Below are positions 55,201 through 64,000 of a stretch of DNA of 64,000 bases, piece by piece; within the stretch, counting starts at the first letter, position 1; the number at the start of each line of letters is the position of its first letter. This DNA is from Sphaerodactylus townsendi (lineage: Eukaryota): contig NC_059430.1 of assembly GCF_021028975.2 (NCBI RefSeq), positions 101,246,001 through 101,310,000 on the forward strand, written 5' to 3'. Both the position numbers and the translations under genes were made by a program. Below the pieces are notes generated by a model that was not told where the DNA came from, did not search any database, and saw nothing but the letters and a program-made list of their open reading frames with translations.

Positions 55201-58200
55201 ACTTGTCGATTGCCGTTCCTTCTGTTATTGGGATGGTTCCTGAAAGCACAAATGCATATTGTTAGGGTGAGGGACCCTGGAGAAAAAAAGGTAATTATTG
55301 CATTCCCCAGCCCTGTTTTATTTGTTATTTGAGACAGTGGGATAACACAAATGCCAGCGGCAAACACGCAATCACCAGCAGAACACCACGGTTCAGGTTC
55401 AGTGTTACGATGCAGCCTCCTTCACCCACCGAAAGGACCGATGGATGATCTTCTGGGGCACCAGCAGTTCCACATAAGGCAGGTTCTTGTACTTCTCCAG
55501 CCCCACTGCCACGTAGTAGCTCCCGCTCACCAGTTCATTGCCGCAGGAAACGGCATTTCCATTCAGCTGGCACAGCCTGGCAGAGACAAAGCAGGAGCAA
55601 GTGGCTTTTGGAGGAAGACGACTCATTTGGGGAAAATAAGATCCAGTGTCAAAAATTAGTCCTGACTTTGAGAGTTTACTATAGATCTGAAATAAGATTA
55701 GGACAGGGGTCTGTGGCTCTCCAGATGCTCATGGACTACAATTCCCATTAGCCCCTGCCAGCATGGCCAATTGGCTGGTGGGAATTGTAGTCCATGAACA
55801 TCTGAAGAGCCACAGGTTGCAGACCCCTGGACTAGGAAGTTCTGCTTACAAAAGACCTTGCTTTACAATCGATTTCCCTCTCCCAACAAATTTTCCCTTC
55901 ACGGACCAGCAGTAAACCTAGTGTGCCAAATGCCATTGTGACTTCAGTACTTGAGTCAGACATCATATAGCTGTAAATGTATTTTCAATCTTGGAAACAG
56001 GTCCATGAATTGAGAATGGTGTCTTGAACATTCCAGCTACTGTTGTCAGTGCCCAACAATGGAATCATGAGACAAACACAAAGAATGCCAACCACTCCAA
56101 CTAAAATGAGGCCACTCTTTCCTAGACTAGGAGGACTGTCTGAGTTTTCATATCTGTTGCAGGTACTTCACATTTTGAAGTGCCAGTGCTATCGCTAATA
56201 AACCACATGCCTTCAGTTTCCTTTAACGATAATAATAAAGATCACGACCTGCAGAAGAAAGAAACCCTACAAATAAATAGGGGGGATGTTGACACCACAG
56301 ACATAAACTGGTTTAATAGTCATTCCTTTTCCCTCTGGAACCATGAGAAATGGATTTCAAGCAGAATTCTCAGCACCTTTGCCAAAGTACAATTAACTTT
56401 GAAGGATCGGTTTGTAGATCTGTTCAACAGGAATACATGAGAGTGTTGACTAATCCCAAATCAACAGCACAGATTCCAAGGTGTGACTGGGTGACATCCC
56501 TGCCTCTTGGAAGAGAAGCCCTACCTTAGTGCTGGAGTTCATGCTGCCACCAGGGCTCAAACATGCTAAGAATCTTCATGTGGAGGCCCCTTCAAGTCCA
56601 TTCCAAGAAATGATGTGAGCATCAGACTGTCCACAGCTAACAGACAGCACAAATTTAGTTTCAAAACTAAGTAGAAAAGAAAGCAGTTGGACATATTTAC
56701 TCAGACAACTCACTTCTGGACAGCTCCGCTTCGCAGGTTTGCCCTCTCTGACAGCAGGTCTAGGACGGTATGCCAATGCTGCAGGCTGCTCTTGGAGATG
56801 GTCAACCGGAACGGTGGGGTGAGCAAGTCCCCATTACGAAAAACACTTCGAAGAAGAAGCAAAAAAGCACTACTATACTGATGACACAGACGGATATATG
56901 GAACAGCCACACACACACTTGTTCAGTGGTGTTCCAAAGGAAACCCTGATGGTGCCATGCTGCGATTTCAGCATCTTCCCTGCACACAGATTCTTCTGCT
57001 GAGGAACCAAGCCTTGCATGTCTGCCATGGAGCCGAATGTGCTGCAGAGGGATCTGGAAGGCCACTCTCCCTGCGCCCTTGCAGCAGAGGCGTAACTCCA
57101 AGGGGAAAGGGGGGCACGACGCACCGGGCGTGCAGCCCGGTGGGGGCGTGGCAGGGGCATTCCAAGGTGGGGGCAGAGGATGCACCAGTGCACAGGGCGC
57201 TTTCCCCCTTTGTTACGTCTCTGCCTTGCAGTGCCCACTCTCACTACACTCATGCAGGTGTGTTCTGCAGAGGGGCATGCAGCAGGCCTTTCAGAGAGGG
57301 TTGCCCACCATTGTCACTGTCCTTATTCCAAGGGACAGGATCACTGGAATGCAGTCAGCAAGCGAGCATTGTTTGAACAGGGTCCACCCTAAGGGGTCAG
57401 GTGTCATGCGTGTTCTGTCTTGACACTTCCCAAATTTTTTCCCCATCACCACCACCTCACACCCATGGAACCGAAGCCTGCAGATCCATTTTGCTAATAG
57501 CAGTGTTCATTTCCCATGCCAAACAATCTTCTGATTATTTCCCCATCAAAAGCTTCCTTGTGCCGGAGAAAAGCACCAGTGTCAGGGAGGGAACAGATCC
57601 TCAAGATTCAAACTGTATTTACCACTTAACTGTCCCCAAAAGGAATTTTAAACAAATCAAAAAGTCACTCACTGTATAACGCAGGGCACATTCACCGGTC
57701 CCCTATATCTCTCCAAAACATTTGCCCTCCGGGAAATGACTGGATAGCTCTGAAAGCCAGACAACATCCATACATATAAGTACTGTTTTCAAGATGCCAC
57801 CAACAGCAGACATGGCGCTTTGCAGAGAAACATAAAACAAATAAATTAGGTCTATGCCCCAAGGAGCTCACAGTGGATACTTTGTCAGTAAGATATCAAA
57901 TACAGAGGAGAGTCAAGAGTAACAAAGGAAGATCTGAATTTAATGGAGAACCACCATACATGCTACCCAGAAACACTGGAAGTATTTGTGTGTTCCAAAG
58001 CAGAAACAGGATTATGCCTTTCCTAAAACTTGGAAATGGATCCCTAAGAAATTGATTGGCCCCCTTCGGCTCACTTAGAAACCTCCTGGCGGGCTACTGT
58101 TCTGGAGGGCACTGGTTGCCAGAAGGAAGTTGAGCCAAGTGGCCCCCTTAGATGATGGCAGTGGCTCAGAGGCAGCTTGATTTGGATCCAGACTGCAGCA

Positions 58201-60723
58201 ACATGTACACAGGCCAGGACAGGCTTAGCTTGCTCAAGGGGTATTATAACATCCCTGTAAATGCTCCTGGGTTTTCTACACAAAACGGTCAGCTCTCAAT
58301 CCATTTTGTGCAGTTCTGTGTCAGTAATGTAACGTGAAGGAGGCTGCAGAAAACCAGCTTCTTTATTCATCATCTTGCAACACTCCATATTTGTTTTTTT
58401 GTTTTAGAACTCCCCCACCCCAAAAAATGTCCTGGCCCCCATCATGGTCTGGGGGCTCCCACTGGATGGCTGAACTTATTCAGGAATGAGGAGGGAAATA
58501 CATGCTGTATATGTACTTGCTGCCACACTAGAACCCTTCTGCACTGTTCAGTGATTTGCTTTCCGCAATCAGCTGCAAGAAAATAGTAACCAGGGTTCCA
58601 CAAGTAGCTTGATACAGAGCAGTACTTCCCATAAGAAACAAGTAGTGGCCCATCTCAACGAGCATGATACGGCTGTGCTTTTATTCCAAAGTCCTGTTCA
58701 AATAAGGTTCTAATTGTTGTTGAGAATGTGATAACAGACTGGCTAAGCCCAACCTTCCAGCATGAACAGGAAGGAATGTCCTCGCCAACACGATTCATTG
58801 CTAAGACAGAGCATGTTTCTGTCACAAACCTAGGAACCCTGAAAGGCCTTCTTCACAACAGTTTGTAAGCAGTGTTACTAAGGCTGCTAAATCTCTACTC
58901 TTGTCTACACACAGCAGGTCTCAAAGGAGGCTGGAATGATTCCAAAAGGCTCTTCCTAGTTCTCATGCTTTCAACCCTCAGGCTGGAAGGGGCAAAGAGG
59001 GCAAATCCTTCCAAGGGCCGCCCTCCGTAATTCAGAGCTCTGCCTTCAGCTGCTAGGTCCTTTTCTCTCTTTCCCAACATACTAGAACTTGAGGACATCC
59101 AGTGAAGTTGATGGGCAGTTGGTGAGTAGCTTCAGGACAGACAAAGGGAAATGCTTCTTTACTCAATGTGGAGTTAACTGATGGAGAATGTGGTGATGAT
59201 CACAAGCACAGAGAACTTTAAAGGGGGACCGGGCACATTCATGAGGAATAGGCTTATCAGTGACCACTAGCCACAGTAACTAAAGGAAACCTCCATATTC
59301 AGAGACAGTAAGCCTCTGAATGCTAGTGTCAGAAAGCAACATCGTGGGGAAGGCTTGGGCCTCTGTGTTCTTTCGTCAGCCCTCCAGAGTAACTGGTTGG
59401 CCACTGTTCAGAAGATGCTAGACTAGACGGACACTGCTCTCATCCAACAGGACTCTTCTTATGTTGCTACACCTGGGTAGCAACACACCCTAAGCAGAGT
59501 CACAGCTAAAACTGACCATTCATCTGGTTTATTTAGGAGGAAGAGGGGAAATAGAATGAAGGAGAGTTGGCGGAAGAATCCTACATTGCAGGACAAGTCC
59601 TAGGACTGGAAAAAAACCCAGTGTGGTATAGTGGTTAGAGTGTAAGACTCGAACATCGGAAATCTAGAAGTTTGAATCCCCACTCTACCGTGGAAGCTTA
59701 CTAGATGACCACGGATCAGTCACACATTCACACTTTCTAACCTGACTCACAGGGCTGCCATTGTGATGATAAAATGAAGGAGACAGAACAATATAGACCA
59801 CCTGGAATCCCCACAGGGGAGAAAAGTAGGGTATGAATGTCATAAACAAATTATCACCACAGCTAGACCTTACACAGACAACAGAAGTGAACATGCCCTA
59901 TTACACCTAGATACTATCAAGCCAGCACAACAGACGACTCACATAAGCAAGCCAAGCCAGGCATTTCAGTGAAAAAGCGCACACACGCGCACACACAAAT
60001 CAACCAACCTCCCTAGTCAACATATTCAAAAGGAATACTTCAGCTACAATCCTATGCATACTTATTTGGGAATAAACCCACCTGATTTTAGTGGGCCTCA
60101 TTTCTGATTAAATCCGGATGGAAGCAACTGCACCACTATCGGTAAGTTTGGCAAATCTGGATAACCATGGCATGGACCCAGGAGGGAGTAGGACCCCATA
60201 GGATATACCTTGAACGTGACCCTGGTGACTGAAGGCACATTCACCGACATTATACAGCCTAATTCCCAATTGGTGACTGGAAAGACTGCCATTAAGTACT
60301 GCTTGTCAATGTGACATCGCCAGGCCCTGCCATGGTAGCCTGTGGGTTTGGGATGCTGAGGACCTGGCCATGCTAGGTGGCCTCTTTAGTGTCTTCGTAT
60401 CTGACAAGAACGGACTGGGCACGCACAGGTGAGGGGGAGAGAGACTGGCAGCATTCTGGAATTGTAGGCCTGGGAGCAAGGTTTCCTCTTCTTCACTACT
60501 GTGCAGCCCCTGATAGTGGAGGTATTTTAATACCTATTCAACAACTGAAATTGATATTTTGTTCACTTTCTTTGATCTCTCCCCTGCCACAGTTAAAGCA
60601 GACCCACAGCAGCATGTAGCATTCCTCCCAAAAACTGGCCCTTTGTCTTCTTCCCAGGAACACACCTGTGCACGATCCTTCTTCTGATTCTCACTGAGCT
60701 GCTTCATTCCAGGATTTAGATAG
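49258..60723 (-). CDS. DCDC2B: Doublecortin domain-containing protein 2B, 5'-partial (first coding exon not in window)
   Basis: Exons 60723-60666, 57749-57673, 56845-56714, 55576-55430, 55239-55203, 51209-51011, 50325-50225, 49661-49599, 49326-49258, totalling 883 nt in one frame. DCX motif [16 protein letters not shown]...[10 protein letters not shown]...[15 protein letters not shown] and C-terminal [19 protein letters not shown]. The last two exons are less certain. Confidence 0.88.
51937..54132 (+). mobile_element. Young 5'-truncated CR1 LINE (RT domain to 3' end), antisense in a DCDC2B intron
   Basis: ORFs 52031..52354 and 52296..53921 join via one extra T at 52304-52308. RT motifs [34 protein letters not shown]. 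Tail (TTCTTATG)x4 at 54101-54132. Confidence 0.97.
54327..54459. mobile_element. Palindromic hAT (Charlie-like) MITE
   Basis: CAGGGGTCTGCAACCTGTGGCTCTCCAGAT and its exact reverse complement, with perfect TSD TCCTATAC. Confidence 0.92.
55704..55829. mobile_element. Palindromic hAT (Charlie-like) MITE
   Basis: Same family as 54327-54459; TSD GATTAGGA/GACTAGGA. Confidence 0.88.
57085..57223. mobile_element. GC-rich hAT (Tip100-like) MITE (139 bp)
   Basis: TIRs CAGAGGCGTAAC / GTTACGTCTCTG with perfect 8-bp TSD CCTTGCAG. Confidence 0.9.
59040..59463 (+). mobile_element. Old CR1 3' fragment
   Basis: TTTTCTCTCTTTCCCAACATACTAGAAC...GCTAGACTAGACGGAC...TTCTTATG, homologous to 53700-54108. Confidence 0.8.
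59618..59850 (+). mobile_element. tRNA-derived SINE (Squam3/MIR-like)
   Basis: CCAGTGTGGTATAGTGGTTAGAGTG...GTTTGAATCCC head. Confidence 0.65.
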
Positions 60724-61016
60724 CTGCAAAGTGAAGCGGGGGGAAAATTAACACAGTGAACCAAAAAGGGTCTGGTAGTCAGTCCTGGATTTGGATTCAT
60801 GTCTCATTTCAGCCAAATCTACTTGGGAACAGTCACGTATGTCCTCTAAACTTGCTTTCCCCATCTGTACAACAGACAGTGTGCATGTGCTTTACCTGTC
60901 AAGTTGTGGAATGGATTAGCCTCAACAAAACCAAGAATGATTAAAAGTGACAAAAAGTTAGTTCGGTATTGCTTATTTGGCTGGTTTGTGATATACAAAC
61001 ACTAAATGTTTAAAAA

Positions 61017-61304
61017 GAAGAAGAGTTTGGATTTATACCCCACCTTTCTCTCCTGTAAGGAGACTCAAGGTGGCTTAAAAGCTCCCTTCCCTTCCTGTCC
61101 CCACAACAGAAATCTTGTGAGGTAGGTGGGGTTGAGAGAGTTCCAAAGAACTGTGACTAGCCCAAGGTCACCCAGCAGGAATGTAGGAGTGTGGAAACAC
61201 ATCTGGTTCACCAGATAAGCCTCTGCCACTCAGGTGGAGGAGTGGGGAATCAAACCCGGTTCTCCAGATTAGAATCCACCTGCTCTTAACCACTATACCA
61301 TGCT
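61017..61304 (-). mobile_element. Full-length Squam3-like SINE
   Basis: Nearly identical to 39193-39489. Confidence 0.85.
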
Positions 61305-62791
61305 GTTTGAGAAACTGACATTTGTCATCAGCTACTCTGTCATTTATAGTATAACAGTTGCAAACTAGAATATCTGAAAAATTATATTTCCCCCTCTCAT
61401 ACCTATAGTATTTGCTGCTTCGCAAGATATGCAGCTAAACGGTTTACTAATGTTGATTTGTTTGGGCAAAAGCCCTTACGCTGCTGTTCCCATTTTTCAG
61501 GCAGGGAACCAGAGGCTGGGGAACACTGACTTGCAGAGGTCTATGCCAGCAATCCATGGCGGAGACAGGATTCAGTTCTTCCAAATCCACTGTATAGTGG
61601 CACCATCTAAGAATCACTGCTGTTTCTAAAGAACTTACATTCCACTTTGTGAGTGATAGTACCTTGAACTATTGGGAAGGTTAAGAGGGGCAGTCAGCCC
61701 TGGATTAACCACTAAGCATAACAAGCATGTGCTTTGGGCACCCGGGAGAAAGGGGGCAAATGCAAGCAGCTACATGGAACTTGGTTTCAGAGAAACAAAA
61801 AGAAGAGTGCTCTTTTCCCTGGCACCCAACCACAACAGTTCAGAACAGTTGTTGCCAAACAGGTCTCTGGGGGGGTTGCTGTTTCCCATCCTGCAAACAT
61901 GCTGCTGACACACATGAACGGTTCAATCTGTGTATTCATTGCAAAATGCAGAGTTGTCAGAGTGCAGACTAGGGGATAAGCAACGGACAGTCCAGGAGCA
62001 TGATTCAGCCCCAGGGATTTCTCAGCTGGTCTTTTGCAGGGCCTCATGGGCATGCAGCCGCCACTTCCCAAGTCACAATTCCAGCAAAGGATCCATCAGA
62101 AATCTCCCCATTTATACAGCCAAGCCATGGCCTTGAAGGGGCCTCTTTTTTCCTCTCCGTGATGGAAGGACAGAGGTTTTGCTCACTCGGAGATGGAAAG
62201 GAGAGAGTGTCTCTGGGGTAACAAAGGGAGATGGCCCTGGCTGATTTTAACACTAGTGGGGGGGGGGGGATGGTTCAAGAGCCCCTTATGTGTTTGTGCC
62301 CCTCACACACAACCTTGATGTGCTTTTTTTTCATTACAGAAGGAAGTTAACTATCAGGGAGGCAAAACGCTTTGTACTTTAACAAGCACAGAAAGCAGCT
62401 AGTGGGTCAAGTCAATGTTGTTGGCGAATCAATCCTTTTTAATTAAGAGTATGGTTTCTGTTAAAAATTAATAGCAAACAATATCCTTTTTTTCTGCACA
62501 CGGGCCAGTGTACTGTTGATCCAAGAATTCCAGACAATATAATAATTACTTAGGATAAATATTGAACTTTTGAATGACCTTGTAAGGTACCTCTGCTTGA
62601 TTGACTTCTGCACTGCACATGGGGTAGAGGTGAGGAGAAAGGAAGCAACCGAAAAGATCTAGCCTCAAGCCAGCTGGGGAGTTCACAGCAGAGAGATTTG
62701 AACGTAGGACTTCCTGAATGACAGCATAATTCTGTGCCCTGTACCCACTCTCAAGGATGACACCAAACTCATATTTCAGCAAATGTCAGTT

Positions 62792-63122
62792 TGGCTTTTG
62801 TGGGTTTTCCAAGCTGTGTTGCTGTGGTCTAGTAGGTTTTGTTTTTAACATCTTTAGAAGCTGGCATCTTTAGAAGCATGTCATGATAAGTCGTGGTTCT
62901 CTCCACGGCACAGGTGGGTAGACAGAAAGAGGGGTGTGATCAGAGTGTGTAGCCCCAGGCGGGGAAGGGGCCCAAGAAACGCATCTTACCATGACATGCC
63001 TCTGAAGATGCCAGCCGCAGAAGCGGGTGAAATGTTAGGAGCAAAAGCTACCAAAACATGGCCACGCAGCCCGGAAAACCCACAATAGTCAGTTGGTTCT
63101 GGCCAGGAAAGCCTTCAACAAA
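62792..63122. mobile_element. Penelope-like element with inverted arms
   Basis: Left arm TGTGGGTTTTCC...GCATGTCATGATAAG is the inverse of right arm CTTACCATGACATGC...GGAAAACCCACA; ends GAAAGCCTTCAACA. Related to 46074-46215. Confidence 0.75.
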
Positions 63123-64000
63123 ATATCAGTTCCTTTGGCTAAACGCTTCCTGCCAGCTTTTCTTTGTTTTCATTGTGCCTTAAGTGGAACTTGGTACCTA
63201 CCAAGAGCTCAAAATTATTCCTTGTGGGCTTCTGGATCAGATAGGCCACGAATCAAACAACCTCCACTCCTTCACATGTCTCACTGCTGTGAATTCCAGA
63301 GGTGAACACAGACAGACAAACTCTGCACTGAAAATAATGGCTGTGATGTACTCATGGCTCTGACATCACTGACTTGCTGGTGTCATAATCCCCACTGACA
63401 GCCACTGCCAGGGCAGGTATCAGCATATGCTGAGGTAGGGCAGCTGCCAGGACTTCCAGTAGGGACTACTGCTACCAACTTGTCCCTGCCCTCTCGCCAG
63501 CCATGCTGTTGGCCACATGTGCTGCCCAGCACTATTAGGGTAAGGGGCAAACAGCTTGGAGTGTCCATAGTGGGAGGGCTTGCAAGGAAGTGAGCTGCTG
63601 GGGAAGGAGGCATCTATGGGCAGCTGGGGAGGGGGTCACAGGTGCGTGGGCAGAAAGAGGGGTGTAATTAAGGGTGTGGCAGCAGGCAGGGGAGGGACCC
63701 AAGAACTGCCTGCCTGAGGCTCCCAGGCACCCCACAAAATCTGGAACAAGCCCTGGCCGCAGAGCCCCGCCCAGTTCCACAAGCATGCCAGCGAGAGCAG
63801 CGGGAGGCAAACCTCAATTTCATTGCAGGGAGGTTAACCCATTTGCTAGAGCACAATTCTCAAATTGGCTTAGTATAACCACCCCTCCACCTCATATGAG
63901 GCTCTTTTCTTCCTGTCTTCCAACACATTGTTTATTTACTCCAGAAGCATTTCAGTAACTAGGCACCAGACATTACAGATACCAAGGAAGGTAGAAGGTG

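Noticed and set aside
56873-57423. Alternative DCDC2B first exon or GC-rich promoter
   Set aside because: The GC richness comes from the 57085-57223 MITE, and proper upstream exons exist at 57749-57673 and 60723-60666.
60098-60292. Peptide with PCHGYP resembling the first DCX domain of DCDC2B
   Set aside because: It lies downstream of the 60723-60666 exon (wrong order), lacks RNGD and overlaps a degraded palindromic repeat; treated as coincidence.
60724-64000. DCDC2B exon 1 or IQCC
   Set aside because: No DCX (RNGD) or IQ-motif coding sequence found by eye; probably beyond the window end, so gene truncation is not claimed.

Overview
Eukaryotic vertebrate genomic DNA, most likely a squamate reptile and probably a gecko (inferred from Sauria-type, Squam-type and 5S-headed SINEs plus CR1, L2, RTE and Penelope repeats). 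It carries the block syntenic with human 1p35.2: FAM167B (-, 2 coding exons, 189 aa), an apparently intact MTMR9-like pseudophosphatase (+, 10 core exons, 545 aa; the human locus here is the pseudogene MTMR9LP), EIF3I (-, 11 coding exons, 325 aa, one U12-type intron), TMEM234 (+, 5 exons, 133 aa, head-to-head with EIF3I) and DCDC2B (-, 9 exons; the first DCX exon was not found and probably lies beyond the window end). I assembled the gene models by hand from splice sites and checked their phases. The rest is transposon-rich: a young 5'-truncated CR1, a solo LTR with 5-bp TSD, several hAT MITEs with 8-bp TSDs, SINEs, and Penelope fragments carrying minimal hammerhead ribozyme motifs. There are two N gaps. 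Most notable: (i) the intact MTMR9-like gene, with a dead P-loop, no C-terminal coiled coil and a candidate 60-nt extra exon; (ii) intronic hammerhead motifs that survive antisense to the host gene while their sense-oriented twins are broken; (iii) a candidate LCK distal promoter and first exon near 4.5 kb. Homology statements come from my recollection of the reference sequences; no searches were run.
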